Assembly: GCA_964016885.1 (NCBI GenBank)
Contig: OZ024741.1
Span: 138,632,001 to 138,696,000 of the forward strand
Reading direction: 5' to 3'
Length of the DNA stretch: 64,000 nt
DNA from: Eledone cirrhosa
Lineage: Eukaryota
The first letter of the stretch is position 1. Each line of letters opens with the position of its first letter. A program made the translations under genes and the position numbers. Below are positions 28,076 through 41,277 of this stretch, piece after piece. The notes under the pieces were generated by a model that saw only the letters and a list, made by a program, of their open reading frames with translations, did not search any database and was not told the DNA's origin.

Positions 28076-28835
28076 CAATAATAATTAATATAACATTTTA
28101 TATTATATTATATATATATATATATATGTATTTACTTAAGGTTTGATTCCTAATAGGGGTCGGGAAGAAGCACAGTTGAACAGCTGCTGAAGTATAGTCA
28201 TTCTTATTTCATATAGAAATGACTTCTACAAGCCTAGAACAATTACATTAAATTGAAATCATCAAAAAAGTGTATTGCATTAAAATACAACATTCCTAGG
28301 CCTGTAGCAGTCAGTTCTATATATAGTTGTTTCTACATTTGTCAGGTGGCCAGTAAGTTGAAGGGAAAGGGAAATTCGATTTAATTCAACCCAGTACGTA
28401 CCATGTACTTTATTTTATCGATCCCATAAGGATGAAGGGTAGGATTTGAATTCATGATGTAAAGGGCCCTAACTGCGATATAATAAAAAAAGAACATTTA
28501 TTAAATTGTTCGACGGAACCAGATAGTCAAATCATCTTTGCTCACATGTTCAACTTTAAAACAATTATTTGCACCCATATCTGTGTCAGAAACTTCTTAT
28601 TTAGCATTTGCTAGAATGCTTTACAGTGATATTCTATTTTCAGCATATCGAATGAGCTCGTATGAATACATTTGGTTTCACCTGTACTTTTCTTCTATGA
28701 GTATTCGCATTGCCGTTTTTAATATTCTTTTTATGACCCAGGTGTTTGAAATTGGTCGTTGAAATAAGGTGAAAGTAACTTTAATAAATTTCATTACCCA
28801 CAGTTGGGGAGTCAGTGTATAACAAATAGACATTA

Positions 28836-29018
28836 TTGGCAGTATCGGTAGAGGGTCGGACGCCATGCTTTCCAGCATAGTTACGTCCCTTTATGATCTG
28901 AGTTCAAATCCCGCCGAGGTTGACTTTGCCTTTCATCCTTTCGGGGTCGATAAAATAAAGTACCAGTAATGCACTGGCTAATTTGCTGGCCTTGTGCCTA
29001 AAGTAGAAACAATTATTT
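28836..29018 (+). mobile_element. tRNA-derived SINE (MetaSINE-like core)
   Basis: TGGCAGTATCGGTAGAGGGTCGGAC..GAGTTCAAATCCCGCCGAGGTTGACTTTGCCTTTCATCCTTTCGGGGTCGATAAAATAAAGTACCAG. Confidence 0.88.
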
Positions 29019-29184
29019 AAACTCATTTAAGCTATCAAAGTAACTTATTCTTGTATGCAATTTATCAGAATTCCATACGATATCATGTTAAAAATATGTT
29101 AATTCTCTGAGTGTATATTATATATACTATAGACTTCAACGTTATATGACGGATGATATTAGAGGCATGTTGTTGTATTTCGAA

Positions 29185-29895
29185 TTTTCTTGGTTGTCCA
29201 TCGTAAACGATGATGATATCTTCTTTATTGTTGTTCCCGTCTGCCGCGGGCACGATGGTGGCTGTGGAGGCCGAGCCTTGACTTGCAGGTCCGGGGACAG
29301 TGGAAGCAGGGGAAGAGACCAGAGTCAGACCGGCAACTCCCAGAAGTTACCTCCACCTCTTGCACATCGCCGCAGGGCTTTGGGAGTGCACGCTAAAGAA
29401 GAAACCTGTGCGGGAAAGGTTTATAGTGGGAGGGCCAATGCACAGTGACGGTCCCACTCACTCGGCCGCAGAAGCCAGAATGCGGTGGTACGGAGGACCG
29501 TCACGACCAGGGACTACCATGGCTGCAGTGGATTGCCACGACGTCTGTAGCGCCTTGCCGTGCCCTAGCGCTCCACACCGCTTACTGTCGCCGCCTTCGT
29601 GACCGTTGGAACGATGTTGTCCTCCTCCACTCACTCCGCCGGGTCCAGTCTTCGCATGCATGGGCAGGCACCCCCTATCTAACTCACCGGGGGTTTCATA
29701 CCCGTCCGGCTACCCTCGGCATGGTTCGGCCCGCCAGCCAAGGCGGTTTACCGGGGTGTGGCCGCTGTCGCATGCTACAGCTTCTTGGGGCCACAGATGA
29801 GAGCTCAGTATCAGGTGGGACTCAATGCAGGACGAGCTGTCCTGAAAAGGGCATGGCTAGCCCTCGCTACATGCCCCTCCATGACACCCCAGGCA
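29185..29895 (-). mobile_element. GC-rich bipartite RTE-BovB-like non-autonomous element
   Basis: Minus strand resembles an RTE/BovB 5' UTR (GCGACAGCGGCCACACCCCGG..CCGAGGGTAGCCGGACGGG..CGGTGAGTTAG) joined to an RTE-like 3' stem-loop CATCGTTTACGATGGAC. Confidence 0.55.
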
Positions 29896-29954
29896 TATAC
29901 ACACGCATATACATACACATACATATGTACATGTGTAATACATAGTTACACATT

Positions 29955-30149
29955 TGTGGATGGCCGTTGAATCTTATGAGTTCTTCCGCGCTTTGTCAGG
30001 TTTTGTTGTTTGTCCTGCAGGGTGTCCAAAACCACCCTCCTCACCAAGTAAACATGGTGGGGTTGCCAGTTTAGTCACTGACGATCCGACAATGCGACAG
30101 CTTGTACTGGTTTACATGTTACCAGTACCACTGAAGAGTGACCTGACAT
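29955..30149 (-). mobile_element. 5' fragment of the RTE-type family seen at 23072-24468
   Basis: Reverse complement closely matches 23867-24052. Confidence 0.75.
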
Positions 30150-30869
30150 ATATTTCGAATACACATAGTTAAATGAACAAACATGAAGAAATGTATGAAG
30201 CAAGGTAAATGAACAAACACGAATAAATAATTTCAGAATGAAGGAATATAAATAAATGAATTCATTATGACGGCATGTGGAAGAAATTCTTGACACACTA
30301 TATGATATAGGATTAATACTTAGATTAGAGATAAGGTAATGTAAAAAATTGAGTAGTAGATAGTCAATGCCAGAATGATGGATCAAGTATGACATGGAAA
30401 ACATCACTAGTTACAACGAATTTACTGACATTCTATATAAGACTGGTATTATGTTTTAAGCAGGAGTATTCTTCAACACGAGGCGACGAATTGACAGTCA
30501 TTAGAACGTCGGATAGAATGATTTGTGGTATTTTATGAGTTCAAATCGTGCTGAGGTCAACTCTCATGCTTTCGAAGTTGATATAAAAGTACCTTGTCCA
30601 GTGCTGGGATCAATGTTTCTTCCATATCATGTTTTCACTTCCTTTCTGTTACTCTCTATTATTTTTTAGAAGAAATATGCTGTGCTCAAGACTGGAGAGC
30701 TGATATGTCCGCCAGATATAATGATGCCCTATGAAAATGCACCCCTAAGAATCCTTCAAGAGTTATGGGTTCATACATACATACATACATTCGTCAAAAT
30801 TCTACTTTTGTTGATGTTATTTTGTTTTATTATGATTGACCGTTAATAATTTAACCCCCCACGTCATCA

Positions 30870-31200
30870 AAATGATAAAGTATACAATTATCTATTTCAG
30901 TATGGTCTTCTCCACGTTTTTTGACAATTTTTAAAAAGTCATTAAGCAGAGAGGAATGGAGAATCCTTTCATCTTTTCCGATGATCAATAGGCTAATGAT
31001 CGGGGGAAATTCCTGTGCCACTAGTAAGAGAAATCCGATCAATGGCCCATGCAAACACGTAGGTGGTCGAAATTTGTGTGCAAAATTAATAAAATATTTG
31101 CATAGCAGAATGTAGATTGATGTTCATTCGTTTCGATCAAGCTATTTTGAAGTTGAAGATCACCCGCTTTCGCACCTAACACATTTTCTTTCTCTGTGTA
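30870..31200 (-). mobile_element. Highly decayed Tc1-like transposase C-terminus
   Basis: SPDH*PIDH resembles SPDLSPIEH; KKRGEDHT resembles the terminal RGGHT. Confidence 0.35.
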
Positions 31201-32309
31201 TTGATTGGTCATATTCCTGTGCTAGTAAATTAATATATTCTCCACCCCCTGTTCCATGCCAAGCAATTATTTACATGGATACATAATATGTTTGCATTTA
31301 TTACCAAGCAATAATCAATATGTCGAAGGAGAAATAAAGCAACTGTGAAAAGTCGATATTTATATGTTTAAGATACTGATTGTTATCTCAAATATGTCAA
31401 TCAATTTTGAAAGATTTTCCTATTAAACACATCCTGTCAATTCATCGCACTATATTTTCACACGAAGATACGAAACGAAGAAATCGTTGACCTGAATGTT
31501 GTTTTGTTCTGATTTTTTTTCGTTTTGCTCTGATTCAATATGAGGAAACTAATTCGAATTTTATACCACATGTATCGAATTTGGTGAAATCTTTAACAAA
31601 GGGAATATTCTTTAGATGTAGTTGTTAATATCAGATGAAAAACCTGCCTTCATATATTTAAAGATAGTAATGAGAAAACAATATTTGATCAGAGGGAATT
31701 GATCAAAGGTACATTCTATGATTTCAACTTGTGGCACACAAACATTTCCAAAGAGCTTGTATTATACACAATAAACAAGTGAAGAATAAGATTTTAATTT
31801 GAATCGAATCACTTTGTAATTGAGGACTGATCCCCGCTTTAATACCACCGATGCAGCGTGCTATTAGAATATAATTTCGAAATATATTTCCATAAACCCG
31901 TTACAGAATTTGTAAGTATGTTACGAGGAGCGAATAATATATTTTATTGGTTGGATTTCAATACTTTTTCTTTTTTTTTTAGTATTCCTCATTTTAAAGT
32001 TTGAACTATTATTATGTACATCAACCCATAATTAACCACATTAAAGTTTATCTCCAAAAAATACATTTCTTATCACACACAACCTCCTGAGGTCCCGTTG
32101 CATCACCAACCGTACACAAGGATGCTAAACAACCGTCATATTCCTCGTCTAAGTTAGGGACTCCAGCTGATTCATTTTGATACAAATTTCTGTCCAGCTA
32201 TTTACTCAGTTTTTGCAACACTGATTTTCATTCCTAACATGCACAACGCTGCCGGAAACCTATTCAGTATATGTCGGTGATCGTCTTCCGAAGAATTAAA
32301 TTGTACCAT

Positions 32310-32635
32310 CTCGAGGTCGATGAAATAAAGTAGCAGTAACACACTGAGGATCGATTTATCGCCTTTCCCCTCCCTCAAAATTGCAGGCCATGTGCCTATA
32401 GTAGAAATTATTATTATTATTGGTGGACTGGCAGTATCGTTAGATAGTCGGACACCGTGCTTTGTAGGCATAGAGTTACGCCCCATTATGGTTTGAGTTC
32501 AAATCCCGCCGAGGTTAACTTTGCCTTTCATCCTTACGGGGTCGATAAAATAAAGTACCAGTAATGTACAGGATGATAATTGCTGGCCTTGTGCCAAAAG
32601 TAGAAACAATTATTATTATTATTATTATTATTATT
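32310..32635 (+). mobile_element. Partial SINE + full SINE ending in (TTA)n
   Basis: SINE core at 32495-32570; tail GTAGAAACAATTATTATT... Confidence 0.85.
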
Positions 32636-32852
32636 GCCCTGGTGGTCAGGGTCACCGTGGCTTTTTAATGGGCTTTCCACGATGGCCCTCGGAAGTCTCC
32701 CTCCTATTGGGGAATTGTTTCATTGTTCTATTATTACATCCTTTGTTTTTTTGTTTTTTTACACGCAGAAATGCCCATTTGTACCGTCCTGTATTGTCCT
32801 GTACAGTCCTTAATGTCTACTTTGTGTAAACCCTTGTGGTTAATAAAGAAAG

Positions 32853-32908
<56 letters not shown>
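32636..32908 (+). mobile_element. 5'-truncated Tx1/L1 copy (3' UTR only) with AATAAA and (TTA)n tail
   Basis: Closely similar to 44729-44992. Confidence 0.9.
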
Positions 32909-32909
<1 letters not shown>

Positions 32910-35900
32910 AGTTGCATTCATCTTGCTTTTTGTTCATACGAGTTATCACCAAGTCACAACCAGTGACCTCAAGAGACAACAAGGTCCGCCATGAAAGAAC
33001 ATACATACACACACACATGCATATTTAGGTGTTTAGACTTAGTATATGGGCAGTTCTCATTAGTACTAACTTTTATACGCGGTAATCATTAGACCCCTTA
33101 GATATCATCTCTAGAGCGCCTACAACCACAGGTTTTGTTTTAGTACTCAACTTCCACATTTTTCCAATTTCTCTCTCCAGGTCCTTATACTTGCCCAAGT
33201 TTTCAAAAGTTTTTACATATACATTCTTGTCTATTGGAACGTACATATCAATGAGCAGGCATACTCTCTTTTTAAAATCCTTCAGTATTAAGTCATGTCT
33301 ATTTGCATCTATTTATCGGTTTGTTTGGATGCTAAAGTTCCACAAGATTGAGATGTGATCTTTTTCGAGTACAGGAGGTGGTTGATGCTCCCAACAATTC
33401 TTTTGGTCAGGCAGGTCAAAATGCTTACACATTATCCAATGTATATTGTGCAGCTCTGTCATGCCTGTTTAGGTATTAGGTTGGAGCTATAGGACTGCAC
33501 ATTGGAATTATATGATCAATGGTCTCTGGTTGTTTTTTACATACACGGTATATTGGGTTGCATCCATTTTTTATTATGTTGGCTTGATAATTTTTTGTTG
33601 GCAGACACTGATCTTGTGCTGATATAATCAGTCCTTTAGTCTCCGATTTCAGTCCAGAGGATGCCAACCACTGATGGGTTAAAGTTTTATCAAAATCAGG
33701 AATGTTAGCTCTTTCTGGGTATTTTCCATACAGAGGCTTTTCTTGCCATTTCTTAGCCAGTTTCTGTAGCAGTTCTTTCTTTGCAATTACTTTTACCTGC
33801 TTTGCTTTTTCTGTGTTTTTCATTTCAGCAGAAAACGGAACTTCTGAAATTCGTAGTTCATTACTGTATCTTTGTGAATCTTTTGTAATGGAGTGTGGTC
33901 TTTTGATGTTTCCATGTTTCAAAATTAGTTTGATCATCCAATCATGTGATTCCCTTAGATATGTAGATAATCCAATTGTTGCAGTTTTCAAAGCAATATC
34001 TATTTGGATTAATCCACGTCCTCCTTCTTTCCCAGGGAGATATATTCTATCTGCTTCTGTCTAAGGGTGATGCATTCTGTGCATGGCTAAGAATTTTCTG
34101 ATTTTTGTATCGAGCCTACAGATCTCTATACTTGACCAGTTGATGACATTGTAACTGTACGTTACTACTGGTATGGAAAGCGTGTTTAAGGCATCGATCC
34201 TATTCCTTGCATTCAATTCCGTTCTTAAGATTGCTCTTACTCTGCAGTAACATTCCTTCCTTATCTTTTCCCTCATTGTCGATTGCTTGATTCCGTCTCC
34301 TTCACAACCATCTAGATATTTGTAAGTTTCCTCTTGTTCAATTATCTTATCACATTCCCCCGATCAAGATTAATACCTGAACTTCTCAGCAGCTTTCCTC
34401 TGGTGAACGTGGCTTTGGCGCATTTATCTAGTCCAAGCTCTAATTTAATATCATCACTGAACTGCGTCACAGTGGATAATACGCCTTGCAATTGCTAATC
34501 ATTTTGTGCAAATAGTTTCAGATCATCCATGTAGAACAAGTGATCAATGGTTTTGTCATAGACTTTATATCCATGTTTTGTTTCATTGAGCATTTTACTT
34601 AATGGTATAAGTGCGATGCCGAATAAATTAGGTGATAAAGAGTCACCCTGAAAAATTCCACAATTAATAATTACTTCTCCAGCTTTTAATGATTTCTTTC
34701 AAAGTGTCGTTTTCCATGACTTCATACTGAATGACAGGAACCTCCTGACAACAGGAGATATTTTGATAATCCCTAAACACTTTTCAATCCAACTTTGTGT
34801 CAAACTATCGAATGCTTTATTGTAATATATCAAACAATTGATAGCTTTGTATGTCTATTATGACAAACTTCTAGTATGATTGTGTTAACCTTACAGCCAT
34901 ATGAGCCTCATTTACACCCTTTCTGCTCATTGGGAAATAGATCAGGTGTTATCAGGTGATCGTATGTATATTCAGTTAGGACTGATGTAAACATTTTATA
35001 CATTGTTGTCAAGAAAGTTATCGGTCTGTCATTTTTGGGATTGTTTGTCTCATCATTCTTCGGAAGTAGGAAGGTATTTCCGCCGTTAACTAGCCATGAT
35101 GGTATCTGTTCTGGCTCCTTAATATTTCATTGTAAAGTTGGGCTAACCGCTCATGAGACTCTGTGAAGGCATTTATCGAAACATTTGGTATTTTGTCTTT
35201 CCCTTGGGATTTCCATTTCCTGGAGTTTTAAGAGCTAAATGCAGATGTTCAACTCTTATATTTTTCCCATGTTTGTTCCTCAAGGTGAGCTGTATCTTTC
35301 ATTTGTCTGTCTATCCATGGAGCATGTATATTATGAACTTTTTCTTCGGCCCAGATCTTTTCCCAGAATTTTTGGACTTCCTCCTTGGGTGGCATTGATT
35401 TAGCAGTTATTTTTGATTTGCAAAATTTTCTGTAGAAGTTGTTTTTGTTGTTTTTGAACATATTATTGTCCTTATAGAATCTAGATCGTTTTTCGAAGCG
35501 CCTTATACGAGCAGCTTTGGTCGACACTTTTTGCTTGATTGTTTCTATCAGCATGTCTATGTCACTTGTTGATTTAATACTGTAGTTTCTTTTCAATTTT
35601 CTAAATTAAGTTTGTTTAACATGTTCACCTACTTTGTAGTTTGCTAAAATTTGTATGTTAGGCTTATTTGCCGACTGATGTTCTCTTGCCAAGTAGGTTT
35701 CTTGTGGGAATTTTTTTTTCCATTTTCACTACACATAAGTGAGTGGTGACTTCAGAAGATGCATAATAGAAATGATTTAGATCAGTAATGTTTAGTTTAT
35801 GTGTGATGACAATGCTTTTGAGAGTTCTGTTAGTATCGTGCATTATCCTTTGGTTTTGTTTGGAGTTCTGGATCTTAGAGGGAGAGTGCATCGCTCCCCC

Positions 35901-36791
35901 ATGTCAGATTCTTTCATTTTCATCCATTCGATCATAATTTCATTCTTCAAGTTCGTGAGTTCATTCTCATTCATTTCTTTATCATTGACGATCTCATTGT
36001 TTTCATTTTGAGTTTCAACTTGAGCATGCACTCTTTCCACCTTTTCGATCCTTTTTTAATTTGTTCTGCTGCCAGTGATTCCGCCCTAACCCTGGGATTA
36101 GAAGTGTTACGATTTACCTCGTTTTCACTGACACGTGTTTCATTTTCCCTTCGCTGACTTTGCGCTAATTGCTTGATCTGATCAATTTCTATATCAGTTA
36201 GTAACTTTTTCTTAACAATATTTCTTCGTATAATGGCTAGTTTGTTACTGTCAATATAGTCTCTGTTTTCGGGATGTTTCTGTATGTTCTGGATGTTCTG
36301 TATTCAATCCATTTGATGGGTAGTACAAGCGCATCTTTATTTCTTCCCTTGATCATTTCTCTCTCTTTTTCTTTGGGTTTCTTGGTGGTGAGCATGGAGG
36401 GCCAAAAGTAGGAGTATTCGGGTTATGGGAGATCTCCAGCTACGAATTGATGGGAAGGTTTGAACAATTAGCTAATTTTTCGACCCCAGGCTGGTTCCTC
36501 TCTGAGGGACGCCGTCCTTTTTGACCCGGGACAGGGCCGATCCGGTATGCCATTTTATCATTTGACATTGGCTTTATTTTGTTGCGTTTTATCCTTAAGC
36601 GCTAAGGGGTAATCATTTCGTGTTACCACTCATGCAAGACTAGAAGGGTCATCCTCCCCTAGAGACACGGCTATTATCCGCAGGCCGCCATCCGGTACTT
36701 CTTGGTCACGGTTTTTTTTTTGGGGGGGGGGGTCTTTTACATTGTTATTATCGTGAGTGGTTCCTTAACGTGAGCCCTGTGTGGCTAAGAA
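32909..36791 (-). mobile_element. Near full-length decayed R4/Dong-clade LINE (RT + CCHC + restriction-like endonuclease) flanked by (TAA)n
   Basis: Minus strand: RPITFLTTM, GIFQGDSLSPNLF, HLFYMDDLKL, YLPGKEGGRGL, KPLYGKY, SAQDQCLPT, RVC...ETIDHII..C, RHD, NRHDLIL..LIDV, KYKDL, PVVVGAL; many stops and frameshifts. Confidence 0.9.
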
Positions 36792-36806
36792 ATTATTATT
36801 ATTATT

Positions 36807-39782
36807 GATCTGTTCGGACATCATTTTGCTCGCTCCCAGTAAGACCTGTTATAATTATTTGTTTTTAATTTTATCTTGTTGTGTAAGGGATATAAGCCCC
36901 TGTCAAGGGGAGAGTATAATATTTGGGCCTTTTGGCCCAAATATTTGAACAATATTTGAATATTTTACTTTAAAAAAAAAAAAACATGGCTGAGCCACGC
37001 CACCCAGCAATATGTCTGCTGTCGTGTGACAACGGCGTAACAGTTGAGAAGAGGGTTGCAAAAATTGATGCAACAAACACCGCCACAAACAACGTGAACA
37101 AAGACAACAACACTGATAACACTAATTTAAAGTAAATTACCACACCAACTACAACAATAACAGCGATAACCAAAATACAGACAACAGTAAAAAAGGCCAA
37201 CACTGAAAATATAAGAAATAGCGATGGCAATTATTTAGATTTGTCCCATGCAAACATTACCAACGTCTACTGTGTTAAAGCCACCATCCCAACCACCACA
37301 ATGTCAAAAAGAACAACCAACGCCACTGATACCACCACCATCACTACAGCAACAAATGAAACAAAAAATGAATCATTTTTTCGTGATATCGAAATGGATT
37401 CTCCGAAAATCGACTCTTCCACGCCGACCGCCACTGACACCACCACCCCCACAATTGAAACTAAAAATAATAATAACAACAACAGCAACCATAGCAACAC
37501 TAAGAATAACTACATCCAGCGCAAAACCAAATGTGTCGCTTGCTAAAGCGGCCTACAAAAATGAAACGGTTGAAGTAAGCCAGGAAGAATTGAATGAAGC
37601 CAAGCGAATGGTAAAAAATTATGGTTACAGAGATAGCAAACCACCCACGCCCTCCATCTAATACCATGGAGGATCGGCGCCTATGCACCGTGTCATATCG
37701 GATGATAAATATTAAAACGCGCCGAGTGGAACGGGCATCCGATTTCCAGATACAGAAATCTTTGGGACACGTGTGGGCTCAAAAAACCCACATCAGACGC
37801 GGGCAAAACTATGGAACCGTGGAAGTGTTCTTTGGAACCCCACAGGAAGCCATAAGAGTGCTCCATGGCCCCATTAAAAAGTGACGAGTTCACACACGTC
37901 CCGAGCTATTGTGGTCAGAGGTTGGTAAGGATGAGGGTGACCCAGGTTCCGCCGGCCATTGAACTTCCCTGGCTTATGGCTGCCGTCCTCGCCGACATCG
38001 AGGCCGTCACTAAAGTAATTGAGATGATAAAAGTACAGCAGGAGAACTGGTCCGGATCTGGGATGGAGCTCCTGATCAAAGAGGACCAAAACAACATACA
38101 AGAAATTCCAGAGGTAATAACTTCAATGACGGCTGCCACCTCCCCGTAATCGTTGAGGGTAGAAGGCCTAGGTGTGTCGTTTGTAGCGAAGGAACCCACC
38201 TAAAGGCTGTTTGCCCACAGGGTATAAAGATGAGGCCACCTCTCCTACCCACCCCAGTTACTCAACCATCAAAACGAGCAGCAGAAATGGCAGCAACAAC
38301 AGAAGCAACTGTAACAGCAACTGTAGCAGCCATCAGTAGCAAAACCAACACCACCACGACCCTCCGCGCCAAAATTAGCACCAGCGCCTTCACCATCCAC
38401 CACGTCACAACCGAAACCAACGCCTGTGGAGGATTTTCCACTCCTCGACCTAAGCAACTGGAGACAGATTGTGACGACGGGGAGGAGTGGGAAACTGTAT
38501 CAGGAAATAAGTAAAAAAGAAAGAAACCAAAAAAGAAAAAAATCCTCCTCCTTCGCCTTCCAAAAACAAAATGCAGGGCGAAACAAACAAACTAACAAAA
38601 AAGTTAAGACAGCTATGCCAACACCCATACCAGCATCACCAGCCCCATCACCACAACCACCTACACCATCACCATCATTAAGCCCATCACCACCATTCAC
38701 CAACACCACAAAAATCACCAAAAGCGAAACAGAAACAACCTACAACAAAGGCAAACAAAACAAAGCAACCAAAACGATACACACTACACAGCATTACATT
38801 TGAACAACAAATAACTATTACACTACATTCAACACAACACCACCATCACAGAAAAAGACTATACAACACCCCAAACCTTCACACCACCCACGCACATACA
38901 AATCACTCAGATCAAACAGAAAACGTACACGACACTAAAATTAAAATTCCCCAAGGACATCGGAGACTTCCGACAAACACTCTCCAGGAGGATTTATAAG
39001 GACATCCTTCCGGAGGGGGACAGAAGGGGTGAGAAGGACAGAAAAACAACCCTTCCTCCACAAGAAGTGAGGTAAGTGGTCCTTCCCATCTTTTTACACA
39101 CATTTTCAACATGACCTTTCACAGAATAGGCACCATAAATGCCCGTGGCCTGGGGTCATCATGGAAGCAAAGCCACCTGGTCAACGAACTCAGGTCACTA
39201 AACATAGATGTGGTGGCCATCAACGAAACCAGAATTTCCGAAGCACGGCGGCGACGATGTATACGCATCTCCTAGTCGTCCAGGATCGGGGGGGGGGGGG
39301 GGGGGGGGTTGCTGTGCTTTTACGGAGAGGTTTGGATCTCTCCATACGGGCCATCTTCCTGGACCCAGAAGGTAAGTTGGTGGTGTTGGACGTGACCAGC
39401 GGAGACGGGCAAACTTTCAGGCTAGTGGCCGTCTATGCCCCGACAGGAGCAGGGCGGCCTGATTTCTTCCGGGGTCTAGAGACCTTTCTTGGAACGTCCT
39501 GCTCTTTAGTGCTAGTGGGCGACTGGAACGGGATCTTAGATTCACGCTGGGACTGTTTGGAATTAGCGGATAGGGGAGGAGCGTGCAAGAGCCTCACCAA
39601 CCTGCTCAGGCGTTTTGAACTGTCTGACAGGTACCGGTTGGATTTCCCGAATGTGACAATGCGGACTTGGACAAACCGCATCGGTCATCCAGATCATATC
39701 TAGATAGAGTATTGTTTAAGGAAATAGATAGGTCTAGCATAGGCTGTCCACAATTCAAGATAGTCAGCTACACGGACCACAG
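36807..39782 (+). mobile_element. Tx1/L1 copy A: 5' UTR, broken ORF1 (zinc knuckle CVVCSEGTHLKAVC) and broken APE domain of ORF2; 3' part missing
   Basis: Starts directly after (TTA)n; ORF1 pieces homologous to 39815-41242; 39111-39782 highly similar to 41278-41960. Confidence 0.88.
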
Positions 39783-39814
39783 ATTCCTGTGCAGTAAGTA
39801 CAAAATCCCGTAGG

Positions 39815-41242
39815 GTGGAAAGAGCCACAGAGGCCCAAATACAAAAAGCCTTGGGGTCTGTGTGGCAGCGGAAAACGCACATCACCCGAGGCAAAAAATA
39901 TGCCACCGTAGACGTACTTTTTGCCACACCCCAGGAGGCAAAGGCCCAATCAGTAGTGACCCTAAGGAGCGAGGAAATGGTGTTGGTGCCCTCCTACTGT
40001 GGGCAAAAAATTGTGAGGGTCAAACTGACCCACGTCCCCCCCGGAATGGCCCCTTCTTGGCTGGCCGCGTCTGTCCTCGTCGGAATCGCGGACAAAACAA
40101 CTGTACTGCAAGTACAGAAAAAAGTAAGAGAAGATTGGGTAGGCACCTCCATTGAGATGCTAATCCAAACCAACCAGGAGTGCATCGAAGCTATCCCGGA
40201 TGTGATAGACTTCGATAACGGCACTCAACTGCCCATAAGTGTTGAGGGCAAACGCCCGAAATGCTTTCGCTGTGGATCGAAGACTCACCTCAGGGCCTTC
40301 TGCAACGAGAAGACTCTGAGAAAGGAGAAAACCCCCCTCCTTCCGAATCCGGCTCCACGGCTACCAGCAACAGGACAAGCGGCAACCAGGAACGATAGGT
40401 CCGTGGCACCCATACCCACTCCACGGAAATCAAAAACAGCAGCAGCAGTGGAAATATTAACAACAACAACAGCAATACCAAATGCAGCTGCAACAGAGAC
40501 TCCAGTGAAAACATCACCAACAACAACAAGTGAAAGAGTGGAGCTGGTACCCCTCCCCGACCTCACAGAATCTGACATGGAGTGTGAGGTGGGAGAGGGA
40601 TGGCAAAAGGTCGCAAGAAGGCACAAACGCAGAAGCAGCGCATCGTCGCCTTTGAAAAGGGAGGAAAGAAATGAGAAAAGGGTAAAGTCTACTGCAAAGA
40701 GACCCACAGCAGCAACACCACCAACACCATCACTACCCACACCAGCACCACCATCACCACCGGCGACAACCCCACCGCCAACAACACCTTCAACACCACC
40801 ACCACAAGCACCAACATCGCAAACACAACAACAAAACACACACACCCAGCAACAACGACAAGAAAATAGCAGAACCACACCCCACCCCCAGAAAAACAAA
40901 TGCACGGCAATAAACACACACAACAAGAAACTAATGACTTACATAATTGAACACACAGCCATATCACAACAGGACTACATAATACCAGCACCAATCAAAA
41001 CGCCAACTAACATAAGACTGCTAAAAATAGCACAGAAACAATACACAAACATTAAAACGAAATTCCCCAACGCAGTTGGTGATTTCAGGGACCTAGGAGG
41101 AACCATCAATCGAAGAGTATATTCAGACATTCTCTTAGAAGAGCCGACGACCAGCCGAAGGGACGATTCAACGGTCCCTTCACCAGACGATCAAGTGAAA
41201 AGGGATGTAAAAACCATCCCTCCTCTACCAAAAGTACGGTAA
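39815..41242 (+). CDS. LINE ORF1 (gag-like nucleic-acid-binding protein; N-terminus lost, GTG start probably not genuine)
   Basis: CCHC knuckle CFRCGSKTHLRAFC, GWQKVARR motif, P/T-rich tail. Confidence 0.85.
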   Translation: MERATEAQIQKALGSVWQRKTHITRGKKYATVDVLFATPQEAKAQSVVTLRSEEMVLVPSYCGQKIVRVKLTHVPPGMAPSWLAASVLVGIADKTTVLQVQKKVREDWVGTSIEMLIQTNQECIEAIPDVIDFDNGTQLPISVEGKRPKCFRCGSKTHLRAFCNEKTLRKEKTPLLPNPAPRLPATGQAATRNDRSVAPIPTPRKSKTAAAVEILTTTTAIPNAAATETPVKTSPTTTSERVELVPLPDLTESDMECEVGEGWQKVARRHKRRSSASSPLKREERNEKRVKSTAKRPTAATPPTPSLPTPAPPSPPATTPPPTTPSTPPPQAPTSQTQQQNTHTQQQRQENSRTTPHPQKNKCTAINTHNKKLMTYIIEHTAISQQDYIIPAPIKTPTNIRLLKIAQKQYTNIKTKFPNAVGDFRDLGGTINRRVYSDILLEEPTTSRRDDSTVPSPDDQVKRDVKTIPPLPKVR

Positions 41243-41277
41243 GTGGTCTTTCCCATCTTTTCCACTCTATTTTAAAC

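Noticed and set aside
36600-36791. HDV-like ribozyme at the R4/Dong 5' end
   Set aside because: Some long-range pairing (ACCACTCA/TGAGTGGT) is visible, but I could not build the nested double pseudoknot; needs a descriptor search.
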